Shown here in pieces: positions 19,543 through 30,070 of a DNA stretch of 64,000 bases (position 1 is the stretch's first letter; every line of letters begins with the position of its first letter). The stretch spans positions 202,163 through 266,162 of the forward strand of contig CAVVUR010000013.1 in assembly GCA_963751515.1 (NCBI GenBank), written 5' to 3'. This DNA comes from an uncultured delta proteobacterium. Lineage in GTDB: Bacteria > Desulfobacterota > WTBG01. The notes below the pieces were generated by a model. It saw only the letters and a list, made by a program, of their open reading frames with translations. It was not told the origin of the DNA and searched no databases. The position numbers and the translations under genes were made by a program.

Positions 19543-20895
19543 TTACATTTTCCAGCAAATATTTTGGTCTGGGTTATAACAGATAGGAAACTTGACGGGT
19601 GTTAGATGTCGCTTTAAATGTTCGTACAAAATCATGTTTTCTTCTTCTAATTTTTCTTGAATAGCTTTTAATGCCCTGTTTATACATTGATTAACATATT
19701 TCCTTAACTTCTCATAGTCATTATCCGAATTTAGTTCTATTTCCTCTAGCATTTCCTCCCTCTCCCGCAAAAGCTTTTCTTTTGCCCCTACATCGTGATT
19801 GTCTTCTGCTTCTTTGAGTTCCTGTTCTAAGTAATGCAGCCTCATTCTTTTCTTCTTAATACTCCTATATAGATTTTTTATAGTGGAACCACTAAAATCC
19901 TTTTCCAATTGTTCAACATTCATTTTGCTATAAACATTATCTATTGCATCAACATTGACTCCTTCTACTACTTTTACCAGACCAAGAAGATCGAATGCTC
20001 TTCCTTGATTAGCCAGAAGATATGCAATATAGGGCAACCCTTTTTGATCCCTTATTCGCAAGGGCTTTTTCATGCCTTTGTAAAATATAGTCCAATACTC
20101 GCCTTCCTTTTGAAACAGATTCATTTCAGAGATATCTTTTGATTTTGAAGCAGGGCAAGTGGTCCCGGTACTAGCACTCGATATAAACAATCTTTGTATT
20201 TCGGGCAATTTTTCAACCAAGGGCAACAAATGACTACTTATCGTGATTTGTATTTTTGAGGACCATTCCTCCCCATATATCTTTTTTAAATCGTCGTGTC
20301 TTAACCATCCAGGTGGTATTGTAGCATAAAATGGTTTTCCACAACTGTTATCAGGACTGTCAATAAAGCCCTCTGATATTCGCGCTCCAACATGATTCCA
20401 GAAATTCAATAGTGTTTCCAATTTAAGCAGCGGCGTACTGATATAATTATCTATTATCTTTTTCTGTACAGGAACTTTTTTAAGCAATTGCTCTAATGTT
20501 GGGTTAAATAGCATAAACGATGCGCCCCGATTGTCGCTAAAAAAATCTCTTACTAAAATGTATGTCTGCAACATGAAGGCAAGCCCATCTTTAAAATCGA
20601 TGCCCTGTAGCTTTTGAATAACTGTTAGTGCCGTCTCAAGGGCATTCGCCGATCGCAAAGTAAGCGGTTCCCTTAAGAGATATCGTGCAACTCCACAATC
20701 CCACACATTGAGTGGTTCTTTGTATGAATGACTTTCATCCCTAGGATCAAGATAAGCACGAATGCGGACTGATATTATATCGCCTTCTGCCAGGGGTTCT
20801 TGCATTATTACAAATAAGAAAAAGGGGGTTCTTGTGTGCTTTTCTTCCCACCTTTTTAGGAAGTCTATATATCCATCATTTTTTTGCTGGGCCAT
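19543..20895 (-). CDS. Hypothetical protein with C-terminal regulator-like domain
   Basis: FQKEGEYWTI...KGLPYIAYLL...RKYVNQCINRAL resembles C-termini of putative DNA-binding regulators. Confidence 0.6.
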   Translation of the reverse strand: MAQQKNDGYIDFLKRWEEKHTRTPFFLFVIMQEPLAEGDIISVRIRAYLDPRDESHSYKEPLNVWDCGVARYLLREPLTLRSANALETALTVIQKLQGIDFKDGLAFMLQTYILVRDFFSDNRGASFMLFNPTLEQLLKKVPVQKKIIDNYISTPLLKLETLLNFWNHVGARISEGFIDSPDNSCGKPFYATIPPGWLRHDDLKKIYGEEWSSKIQITISSHLLPLVEKLPEIQRLFISSASTGTTCPASKSKDISEMNLFQKEGEYWTIFYKGMKKPLRIRDQKGLPYIAYLLANQGRAFDLLGLVKVVEGVNVDAIDNVYSKMNVEQLEKDFSGSTIKNLYRSIKKKRMRLHYLEQELKEAEDNHDVGAKEKLLREREEMLEEIELNSDNDYEKLRKYVNQCINRALKAIQEKLEEENMILYEHLKRHLTPVKFPICYNPDQNICWKM

Positions 20896-21391
20896 TTATT
20901 TATCTTTCCTTATACAGAATGCTTAGAACAGTTCTTTCACTTATTGAAGCAATAAACAACCGCTGATAAAAAACAAAAATTTCTCTGTAGGAGAGATCGC
21001 GAGGGAAGCAATCTACCTGTTATGCCCACAAATTTCACAGTAATCACCCTATATCTGTTTACAGATGTCAACAGTTGTGATGGTATCAGAATTATAGTAA
21101 ATTATTGGATAGTACCGATTTTAATTTGACCATTTCATAACTAAGATTGGAATAAGGCAGAACAATTTTTTCTAACTTTTTCGTATTATCATAGTATAAT
21201 GCTTAATGCAATGATAATTGTGATATTAATTGGTTATAATAGGTAAGATTTTTTGTCAAGGATGTGCTTGGGTAGGAAACTACAAGATACTACTGCGATA
21301 TTTGGTGCTTTAACACTTTGGGGACCTCTTGGATCCAGAGTTGTGTGACTATGTAACGCCTCAGCCCATATCCCCCAATATTTTTCACTAT

Positions 21392-22096
21392 TCACATACT
21401 TTCATCTGCGTTTTTACCTGGTCGAATCAATCTTTGCTTGCCATCTTTATCTACCTCCAGAGTCATAGCACTCTTTTCACACTCTTCCAGCAACTTGTCT
21501 ATTGCTTTGACCATATTCTCCTTACTTTCATCCTCCATGCTTTCCACCCAGTTTTTAAAACGGGCATCGAATTTCTTCCGCTTGCGTTCCCATTCGCGCT
21601 GTCTAACGGGGTCAAGACCATTATTTTTAATTTCCCAATCCTTCTCCCTCGTAATGGCCTTGGATAATGAAGTAAGGGCTTGGATGGCCCTGTTTATATC
21701 AGGATGTCTTATGCCCATCTGCTCCTCATCTCGCATTAGTTGCAGAATGCGGCTTTGCTGTAACTTTGCGATTCGCTCCATCCCCTCTAGGGTATCATCC
21801 ATTGTTTCCAGCTCTTCAGTGGGAATATCAACGGCAGGTGGGGTTAATAACAGTTGGGCTATCCTTTTTTGAAACTTCCCTATCCCCTGAGAGATTGAAT
21901 GAATTGAAGATTCAGGAAGCACACCCCACGATTTCTGAATAAATCGTGCAATTGATTTTGCTGATTCTCTATTGCGAAGACGAAGAAAGAGTTCATAGAG
22001 CTGTTCATCGGTTAATTCAGCTACCCACGTTTTCTGCTTTCCCCGAACATGAGATAGCTCTCGAAGCTGTTCTATCAGATATGCTTTCATAACCAT
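21392..22096 (-). CDS. Hypothetical helical protein of the mobile element
   Basis: Long ORF; start placed at ATG 22096/22090 because the upstream part lies in a repeated non-coding block. Confidence 0.6.
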   Translation of the reverse strand: MVMKAYLIEQLRELSHVRGKQKTWVAELTDEQLYELFLRLRNRESAKSIARFIQKSWGVLPESSIHSISQGIGKFQKRIAQLLLTPPAVDIPTEELETMDDTLEGMERIAKLQQSRILQLMRDEEQMGIRHPDINRAIQALTSLSKAITREKDWEIKNNGLDPVRQREWERKRKKFDARFKNWVESMEDESKENMVKAIDKLLEECEKSAMTLEVDKDGKQRLIRPGKNADESM

Positions 22097-22103
22097 TGCC
22101 CTT

Positions 22104-22590
22104 TTCAAAAAATGGTCTGCAATTTTTAATGCCATAAAAAACCCGGTCAAAGCCTTTGGCATTAAGATTTTAACATCTTTTTCCCCCAACTACCTTCCCT
22201 CACTCATTCAACGGTGCAAACGTTTGCACCATTGCCTAGCTGGTTAATGCGTTCCAGATTGTAAAAGATATTTCACAATAACATTAGGATAAGGCATAAC
22301 TGAATGAGTGTAAACGAAAACTTTTGTACTTGATATGGGCAATCTTTTGGGAGACTTGGCGGGGGTTCCGTGCGGCTACTGTAGCAGGATTGTGGATTAG
22401 GTTTGTCTAGAGTGATTCAACAGCCACCCTTACGTTCTTTGGATTGAGTTAATAACAAACCCTTATTTTATCGGACGCTCACAAAAGATATGGGTATTGC
22501 CCTGTAATACAACTGAGCCGGATGCATACATTAGCAAATCGGACGAGCTGGAAAGGAAAAGGCAGGGGGGTGATACTGACCCCTGCTTTT
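22104..22590. repeat. Non-coding repeat block A
   Basis: Homologous to 27069-27550; contains GGTGCAAACGTTTGCACC (22213-22230) and ends in hairpin AAAAGGCAGG...CCTGCTTTT. Confidence 0.85.
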
Positions 22591-22648
22591 ATGCCCTGCC
22601 TTGTCTATGGATAATTAAGCACAGCGTAGTTTGTAATACTGCATGCCA

Positions 22649-22930
22649 TTACGTCTTTGGTGAAAAAAATGATGCGATACGCTTAAAAACACTTTTCGGC
22701 TTAGGTTTAATGAAAAAATGTTCTAAGATTAATTCATTTGTAATTTCTCTATCAGCTTTTAAATCTGCAATAATTATTTTTGCTAATTCAGGCCAATCAG
22801 CTTCCTTGATGCCTTCATAAAACATCCAATCGTGATTCCCCGCATCTTGCCAGCTATCTCAAAAGTTCAAGCCAATAAATAGATTTTTATATCTCGGGTC
22901 ATCACGCCATGGCTTTTTGTTGGTGTAACT
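22649..22930 (-). pseudogene. Degenerate hypothetical gene
   Basis: KKPWRDDPRYKNLFIGLNF*DSWQDAGNHDWMFYEGIKEADWPELAKIII; internal TGA at 22859-22861, no clear start. Confidence 0.5.
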
Positions 22931-22985
22931 TTTTTAAAATCAAAAATTATTTCTGTATCAAACACATTAAGTCTATTGTTTTCAG

Positions 22986-24161
22986 TTATTCTTTCACTCG
23001 CATTTCAGATCCAAAATCGACATTACATTCAGTTAATCTTTTTTTAGTAAAAGAAACGAATGGATGATCGACCCCCAATGCTTTCTCCCCAATTGACAAA
23101 GCATGTTTGTAAAGGGGTACTGCTTCCTTTATTTTGCCCTCTTTACGATAAAGCTCAGCTTGGTAATATAAGGTAAAAGCAACAATGGGATGATCGACCC
23201 CCAATGCTTTCTCCCTAATTGACAAAGCACGTTTATAAAGGAGTTCTGCTTCTTTATATTTACCTTGAACAACATTCAATTCAGCAATATTCACAAGCAC
23301 AGCGGCTACATCTGGATGATCAGGACCAAGCATTTTCTCGTCGATTGTTAACGCTCGTTTAAGAAATGATTCAGCTTCATCATATTTTCCCTGTTTACGA
23401 TAGAAGACGGCTACATTATTTAATGAATTTGCTACATCGGGATGTTCTGGACCGAGAACCTCCTCTCTAATTGATAATGCTCGCTTGATGAAAGGTTCGG
23501 CTTCTTTATACTGGCCATTCTTAACATACACCCCAGCAAGATTATTGTATATAGTAGCAACATCGAGATGATCGGTCCCCAATGCTTTCTCCCTAATTGA
23601 CAGAGCACGTTTATAAAGGAGTTCTGCTTCTTTATACTTACCCTGGGAAACAAACATCGAAGCTTGAGATTGGAGAATTGTAGCTACATCGGGATGATCA
23701 GGACCAAATAATTCCACTATAATAGATAACGCACGTTCAAAAAGGGGTTCAGCTTCTTCATACTTACCCTGGCGATCGTAAAGAGTAGCCAAACCATTAA
23801 GTGCAGTCGCAACATCCTGATGGTTAGACCCCGATGCTTTCTCCCAAATTGACAAAGCACGTTTGTAAAGGGGTTCAGCTTCTTTATACATACCCTGCAA
23901 TTTATAAGCTTCAGCCAAATTGAATAGAGCTGTTGCAACGTTTGGATGTTCCGAACCCCATGTTTCTTCCGTCAAAGAAAGGGTTTCGCTGGCTATTGGG
24001 ATGGCTTCTTTATAGTGGCCAATGTCCATTAGTATAATGCTTTCCTTATTGAGTTCTCGCGGAGAGGATGATTGAGCAAAACATACCTTATTATCACTGT
24101 GCAAATTAAAAAATAAAAAAATGGAAAACAGAAGCAAAACGTTGAAAAAACGGGTATGCAT
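22986..24161 (-). CDS. Secreted tetratricopeptide-repeat protein (42-aa TPR_10/12-type repeats)
   Basis: About 8 repeats of HPDVA..LNNLA..Y..QGKY.EAEPL.KRALSI.EK.LG. Confidence 0.92.
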   Translation of the reverse strand: MHTRFFNVLLLFSIFLFFNLHSDNKVCFAQSSSPRELNKESIILMDIGHYKEAIPIASETLSLTEETWGSEHPNVATALFNLAEAYKLQGMYKEAEPLYKRALSIWEKASGSNHQDVATALNGLATLYDRQGKYEEAEPLFERALSIIVELFGPDHPDVATILQSQASMFVSQGKYKEAELLYKRALSIREKALGTDHLDVATIYNNLAGVYVKNGQYKEAEPFIKRALSIREEVLGPEHPDVANSLNNVAVFYRKQGKYDEAESFLKRALTIDEKMLGPDHPDVAAVLVNIAELNVVQGKYKEAELLYKRALSIREKALGVDHPIVAFTLYYQAELYRKEGKIKEAVPLYKHALSIGEKALGVDHPFVSFTKKRLTECNVDFGSEMRVKE

Positions 24162-24236
24162 TACAATCTCCGATCTCTTGTTGGTTTAATTGCAATTAAT
24201 AATCTTGATTCATTTATCTCCTTGTACTGCTTTAGA

Positions 24237-24254
24237 AAACGGCGTGGTTTGTAA
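24237..24254. repeat. Cassette-boundary motif copy 1
   Basis: AAACGGCGTGGTTTGTAA. Confidence 0.9.
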
Positions 24255-24352
24255 TCCTGTATTCCATAAGGTTACTTTAAAGATTGATGACTCTCTCGCT
24301 TACTCAACCCGATGACCGGAACAGTCTGCTGCAAAGCGGGTAATGTAAGTTT

Positions 24353-24634
24353 TTAATCTATCCCAGACTTTTCTTCAAGTTTGTCCAAAATAGTATCGTA
24401 TCTGTCAGCTTGTTTTTCCCATGTATCAATTAACTTAGAAAATCTCTCTATATTTTCACCTTGGATTCTAAGCTGTTGTTCCACAATTTTTTGCTGGTCA
24501 TTTACTACTTGTTGTTGCCGCTCTGTTTCTTCAAGCGCCCTATTGTATGCTTGTACCTGTTCAGAGTTGCGATTTGAACACCCTAAAAAGGATAATAAAA
24601 GAATCATAAATAATGTAAAAGCTGTTTTACGCAT
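24353..24634 (-). CDS. Small coiled-coil lipoprotein
   Basis: Lipobox FLGC; Q-rich helix. Confidence 0.75.
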   Translation of the reverse strand: MRKTAFTLFMILLLSFLGCSNRNSEQVQAYNRALEETERQQQVVNDQQKIVEQQLRIQGENIERFSKLIDTWEKQADRYDTILDKLEEKSGID

Positions 24635-24719
24635 AACTATTCCCCTTCACTATGCAACAATTATTTTTGCCTTTTTATTACTGTATCGTTTCAGACAGCC
24701 TAGTTCATAAGCAAATAGA

Positions 24720-24737
24720 AAACGGCGTGGTTTGTAA
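24720..24737. repeat. Cassette-boundary motif copy 2
   Basis: AAACGGCGTGGTTTGTAA. Confidence 0.9.
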
Positions 24738-24945
24738 CGAAGCCTGTACCAAGTAATATCACGGGGCTTTATATCGGCAGAAATATGGCCATTGATAAGC
24801 ATAGATTATACCCTTGATACAGTCCTCATACAAGCCAATCATCACCCCCATTCAAGACCAGCCAGCCTACCGTTTACTGACTCCGTCACATCAAAAACAT
24901 TAATCATTCCTAATTTTCATCCGAATTAAATATCATCTGTTCAAC

Positions 24946-25485
24946 CATCACAATGACCACTTGGGGACACCACTTGCCATGACTAATGCAACTGGTGCTG
25001 TCGTCTGGAGTGCGGCTTATACCCCCCTTGGGAAGGCTGAGGTTGCTGGTTCATCTACGCAAACCAACAACTTCAGATTCCCGGGCCAGTACTATGATCA
25101 AGAGTCAGGCCTTCACTACAACTGGCACCGGTACTATGATCCCAAGACGGGGAGGTATCTCACGGCGGATCCGATTGGGTTGGAAAAGGGGTTCAACCAT
25201 CTTTATAATTACGCGTTAAATAATCCAATAGGAATGATCGATCCAACGGGCTTACTGCCGAGAGAGGATGCGGAAAGATTTGTAAGATATATGGAGGTGA
25301 GCCTGTGCCAGAATAAGGCTACATATGTAGAAATTTGTATTATTGCTTGTGAGAATCGATTGAAACCTTTATGTCCTGACAAATATAAACAACCAGTGTT
25401 GGGGGTTATATGTGAGAAGGGAGCTTTTTATATGTGCAAAAGAATTTGTGAAGCTGCATATGATCTCGCAAAGCGTATTTTTTAA
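24946..25485 (+). pseudogene. Orphan Rhs core C-terminus with short Cys-rich tip
   Basis: HNDHLGTP, FRFPGQYYDQESGLHYNWHRYYDPKTGRYLTADPIG, NNP...DPTGL. Confidence 0.88.
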
Positions 25486-25852
25486 GACGAAGGCAAAAGG
25501 GTGTAACCGTGATCATATTCATGAGTTATGCAGCCGACATTTAAAAGATTGCACCTGGGAGGATTATCCAAATTTTAAAGGGCATAACGGTACGAGAGTT
25601 TTTCGAAAAAAAACTTCAATCAAAAAAGAACTGTAGGTCAGGGAGTTATGGACTGATTGATACTGTGTAACAACAGTTAGTTAACGTGGAAATTTGGGCT
25701 ATCATAGAAGCCTATGTCAGAAAAACAGGCCAATGCAAAGTAACTGTTCGCCAGCTCAAATTTTTTGACTTTTAATACTCTGCAGCTTTCTTCAAGTTAG
25801 TTCATTAGCATTTTCCCTTGAAAATGCGCAGGTATTTTTTTATGGAGACAAT

Positions 25853-26553
25853 ATGAAGAGGTTTGAAAAATTGTTGCTATATTTGATCCCTATCGTTATC
25901 GTAGGAATATGTGTTGATACATTTACATTATCTTTTACGGAAAAATTTTTTAAAGAAAAAATTGAACAAGAAGTGTTGCCATTCTATTTCCTTCTTCCAC
26001 TTATGTCTCTTTTTTCCAAACAAATGCTGATTAATATTTCAATTTCTATCTGGTTATGGCTTTTAGTAAAGAAGAAAAATACAAGATATGCGCTGAGTTG
26101 GTCTGTTATTGGTTTGTTTTTGGATTCTTAGGATTAATTCTATTTTTGATCACCGAAATATTCTATGCAGCAAATAACTCTCTTCTTAAAGAAAGGACCG
26201 TAATCATTTTTGGTAATCTTTTGTTACCATTAGTTTTTATCATTCCTCTATTATCAATTGCTGGAATAATCTTAGCGGCACCAGCGCAACAAACAACGGA
26301 AAATTTGAAATCAATGATATTTTTTGCAAATGAAAATAACCTCACTTTATCTACATTAGTACTTATGGTTATTCCACCTTTACCTAAAATAACAGCAACA
26401 ATATGGATTGCTATCACTGCAAAAAGAGCAACTAACTATTTATGGCTATGGTGTTTGGCTACTTTTTTCATGGGTATTATACCTATCATTATTCTTTCGT
26501 TATTTGTAGTTGCTGAGGCCGACAGTTATAAAACAAAAATAACAATATCTTAA
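25853..26553 (+). CDS. Multi-pass membrane protein split by frameshift near 26120 (possible immunity-like gene)
   Basis: Two overlapping hydrophobic ORFs 25853-26131 and 26056-26553 with similar W-containing TM repeats. Confidence 0.55.
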
Positions 26554-26575
26554 TGCCATAGGCAACATCACCCAG

Positions 26576-26890
26576 GTGGAAACAACCACCCTTGGGGTAA
26601 TTGCCAGCCAGGCTTCCTATGAGCCGTTCGGGGGATTAAAGGGCATAACCTTTGCCAATGGCATTGCTACTACCTTCACTCATGATACCCGCTACCAGGT
26701 GAAGACCATCCAGGCAGGAACAGTGCTCAACCGGACATTTACCCATGACTTTAACGGCAATGTCACCTCCACAGTTAAAAATGATACTCTCCCCCTGCCA
26801 AGCCTAGTGTCAGTAACCGAAGATTACACCTATGTAATCTCTACCGACTGGATTGATGAGATTGTTGACGGCACCAACGTTACAGCCCTG
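26576..26890 (+). pseudogene. Internal Rhs/YD-repeat fragment
   Basis: YEPFGGLKGITFANG...THDTRYQV...HDFNGNVT. Confidence 0.75.
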
Positions 26891-26916
26891 ATGCAACCTC
26901 TTTATCCCCCCATTAG

Positions 26917-27550
26917 CACCCCCATTCAAGACCACCTAGCCCCCGTCAGCCCCATGCCTCATATCCAGCAGATTCCCATCCAAAACCCCAGCCTGTTTTC
27001 AGGGAACATTTTCTGCCACCCATCACTCCACGCCAATATTCGTGTTCATGCTTATCAACTGTTTCCATTCTTGAAAAATGGTCTCAGATTTTTAGCCAGC
27101 TTAAGAAAAAATTTAAAGCCCTCCGCTCTGATATTTTAACATCCATTTTCCCCCAGCCCACCCCCGCACTCATTATGCATCGGTGCAAACGTTTGCAAAC
27201 TGCCTAGCCGTATAATGCATTCCTGCTTGTAAAAGATATTTCATTACAATTATGATAAGGCATAACTGAAAGAGTGTAAACGAAAACTTTTATACTTGAT
27301 ATGGGCAATCTAGGGGGACTTGGCGGGGGAGCTGGGCGGCTACTGAGGCGGGATTCCGCGCTGTTGTCTTGAGTGATTTGGTGTTATCTTCAGGCTCTTT
27401 GGATTGAGGTAATAACAGACCCTGATTTTTATGGAAGGCTTACAGGAGATATGGATACTGCCCTGTTATACACCTGAACCCGCTGGGGCATATAGCATAC
27501 TGGGGGAGCTGAAAAGCAAAAAGGCAGGAGTGATACTGACCCCTGCTTTT
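26917..27550. repeat. Non-coding repeat block B
   Basis: 26917-27224 highly similar to 31530-31840; 27069-27550 homologous to 22104-22590; TGCAAACGTTTGCA at 27184-27197. Confidence 0.88.
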
Positions 27551-27702
27551 AAGATTTGACTGAATCTGCTGACCGGAACTGTCTGCTGCAATGCTGGTGC
27601 TAGAGATTTTATAAATCAACAATAATGATTCAATGTTTACTCGGACAGTACTGACCTGATGATTATTATACCTATTAGTAATTTAACGGAAGCAATAGCC
27701 TA

Positions 27703-28095
27703 TTAAGAAATAACACCCAGAAGTTGAAGGATAAATCCGAATGGCATAAACAAGAAGCCTATTAATTGCGGTCCGGCAATAACTGAGCCAATACACCCAC
27801 CGATAATAATTAATATACCTATTAAGCATGCGTTATCGGGTTTTTCAATTTCTTCATTTAAAAAGGCCGAGCCAAACCCGATTGATGCTCCAATCAGCCA
27901 ACCTAATGGGCAAGTAACCAAGAACCTAAAAATGTATTGGCCGTCATTCATCAATTCAGGCTGTTGGATTAAATCAAATAAAATAAGAACAAATGATAAT
28001 GCTACTGCACCAATAACACCCCTAGCAATTATGATGCCCTTGAAATCTGTTATAAACTTCAAACATTCATATTTTATTCTTGATAACTCACTCAT
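27703..28095 (-). CDS. Small membrane protein
   Basis: 3-4 TM segments; GAAAGGTGA-like RBS. Confidence 0.65.
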   Translation of the reverse strand: MSELSRIKYECLKFITDFKGIIIARGVIGAVALSFVLILFDLIQQPELMNDGQYIFRFLVTCPLGWLIGASIGFGSAFLNEEIEKPDNACLIGILIIIGGCIGSVIAGPQLIGFLFMPFGFILQLLGVIS

Positions 28096-28171
28096 TGTAT
28101 TTCACCTTCAATGTGTGGTTGAATAGTTACATTCGATTTCAAATCTTTGCATAATATCGTTTCAAGAGAGC

Positions 28172-28189
28172 AAACGGCGTGGTTTGTAA
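28172..28189. repeat. Cassette-boundary motif copy 3
   Basis: AAACGGCGTGGTTTGTAA; ~100-bp right flank shared with copy 1. Confidence 0.9.
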
Positions 28190-28403
28190 TCCTGTATGCC
28201 ATTAGGCCACTTTAAAGATTGATGACTCTCTCGCTTACTCAACCCTATGCCCGGAACTGTCTGCTGCAATGCTGGGGCTATGGGGTTTTAATTCAGTTTA
28301 TTCCAGACACTAACTTACTATGCAAATAAAAAAGCATAATTGGTAATACCCACCACGTCCCTCCTAGTAAATTAAAAAACTTTATGAAAAGAATTTGCTT
28401 ATT

Positions 28404-29291
28404 TCATCCCTGTATAGAAATTCCAATCCTTCTTTTATCTTCCGACCAATAAATATATAAGGGTTTCCCTCTGACATGTTCGGCATTAACAAATCCCCAA
28501 AAGCGACTATCTGCACTTCTATCTCGATTATCTCCTAATACAAAAAAAGAATTCTTTGGAACCACCACAGGACCAAAATTATCTCTTGGTTTAACATCGC
28601 CAGAAATTATAGCAGTATCACTATGCACCCCATACGGGTCATTATAAAGCATATCGTTCAAGAAGATTTTTTTATCTTTAATTAATATAATATCCCCTTC
28701 AACACCTATTACTCTTTTTATAAATGTTTTTGAAACATCTTTGGGATAATCAAATATGATGATTTCACCTCTTTCAGGACTTTTGGATGCATAGCATTTC
28801 ATATCTGCTACTAGACGGTCACCTTTAATTAGTGTGGGTGCCATTGTGTCAGAGGGTATTTTAAAAGTTTTGTAAGTTTTGGAGATGAAGAAATATTTAT
28901 CTGTTGCCCATGTTTCTGGGAATGTCAGTGAAAGCATTTCATTTATGAACATAGACATTAGTATAGCAATGATATAGACATACCATCTGTTATACGGTTT
29001 AAGGTTTAACTCCTTCATTTTGACTGCGCAAACAAAAGCATCTCCCCAAACAAATAGTAAGTAGCAAAAGAATATTAAGGTAATAATAATCATATTCTCA
29101 AATTCACGAAATGTGCCTGCGGAAGAATAGGCACCTAGTAAAAGAAAACCGAAAAAATAACTCCCCACATAAAAAACAATCCCTTTTTTTAACTGGCCAT
29201 TATAGATTTGACCAAGTCCTGTGCAAAATATTGATAACATCAAAGCTATAATTGGCTGTCTTTTTTTTGTATCACGCATTTCTACTATCAC
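28404..29291 (-). CDS. lepB: Signal peptidase I with extra N-terminal TM domain
   Basis: IPSDTMAPTLIKGD (Ser), FIKRVIG (Lys), GDNRDRSADSRFWG. Confidence 0.92.
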   Translation of the reverse strand: MIVEMRDTKKRQPIIALMLSIFCTGLGQIYNGQLKKGIVFYVGSYFFGFLLLGAYSSAGTFREFENMIIITLIFFCYLLFVWGDAFVCAVKMKELNLKPYNRWYVYIIAILMSMFINEMLSLTFPETWATDKYFFISKTYKTFKIPSDTMAPTLIKGDRLVADMKCYASKSPERGEIIIFDYPKDVSKTFIKRVIGVEGDIILIKDKKIFLNDMLYNDPYGVHSDTAIISGDVKPRDNFGPVVVPKNSFFVLGDNRDRSADSRFWGFVNAEHVRGKPLYIYWSEDKRRIGISIQG

Positions 29292-29390
29292 CTTTAAAAA
29301 GTGAAACCATCAATTGTAAATAGACCGTGCTTACCATCCCTATTTTTATAAGTAAGCCCGATAGACATTTTATCTCCATAAGCAGATAGA

Positions 29391-29408
29391 AAACGGCGTG
29401 GTTTGTAA
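29391..29408. repeat. Cassette-boundary motif copy 4
   Basis: AAACGGCGTGGTTTGTAA, 2 bp after stop of 29411-30025. Confidence 0.9.
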
Positions 29409-29410
29409 TA

Positions 29411-30025
29411 TTATGGGGTTGGTGAAACTCTTATCTGCAACTCAATGTTATTTTCATATTTCCCCAAATTATGGTCAGGTTCAACAACTGTAATTTTTAT
29501 TATTGTGCCATCTAGGGAAAAGCCTTTTGGGGGTACTGGGAATGTATATAGACAGATTGATTTTATATAATTCATGTTTTTATCTTGATAACCAATGCTG
29601 TCCCAATCTGTTACTTCCTCGTCTGAAACCTTCTCCCCGTGATTAAATAATTCAAATTTAATTTTTCCTTCAAACTCATAAGTTCTATTTTCTTTCCCGC
29701 ACCCCGATGGAATGGTGTCGGGTGAACTTGAAATGATAACTTCGTAATTATCTCGATACTTTGGTTTTAAAGGGTAAGTTTTAGAATAACCCCTTTCATA
29801 AAAAGAAAACTTGTCGGTTACTATTGGTTGATACAGGTCTTCTGGTGGATACGCAAGATGAACTATTTGCCATACCCATAAAGGTATAGGAATGACACCG
29901 AATGAAAATCCAAGAAAGAGTAGGACAATAAAAATTAAGCATAAACGGCGAATCCATTGAAAACGTATAATTAACCAGAAAAATAGAGCTGCAAATACCA
30001 ACACCATTAGACCTAATGCCACCAT
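29411..30025 (-). CDS. Membrane-anchored hypothetical protein
   Basis: Two N-terminal TM segments; GAAGGA RBS. Confidence 0.7.
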   Translation of the reverse strand: MVALGLMVLVFAALFFWLIIRFQWIRRLCLIFIVLLFLGFSFGVIPIPLWVWQIVHLAYPPEDLYQPIVTDKFSFYERGYSKTYPLKPKYRDNYEVIISSSPDTIPSGCGKENRTYEFEGKIKFELFNHGEKVSDEEVTDWDSIGYQDKNMNYIKSICLYTFPVPPKGFSLDGTIIKITVVEPDHNLGKYENNIELQIRVSPTP

Positions 30026-30070
30026 AAATTCTATTCCTTCTTAAAGATGATGCCTGTTTTATGGCTTAAT

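Noticed and set aside
22859-22861. In-frame TGA as selenocysteine
   Set aside because: Context LNF*DSW has no Cys or redox motif, most likely a TGG-to-TGA change in a decayed gene; no clear start.
23040-23950. DNA repeats in the TPR gene as DGR template/variable repeats
   Set aside because: 126-bp in-frame TPR repeats; no reverse transcriptase and no adenine-specific pattern evident.
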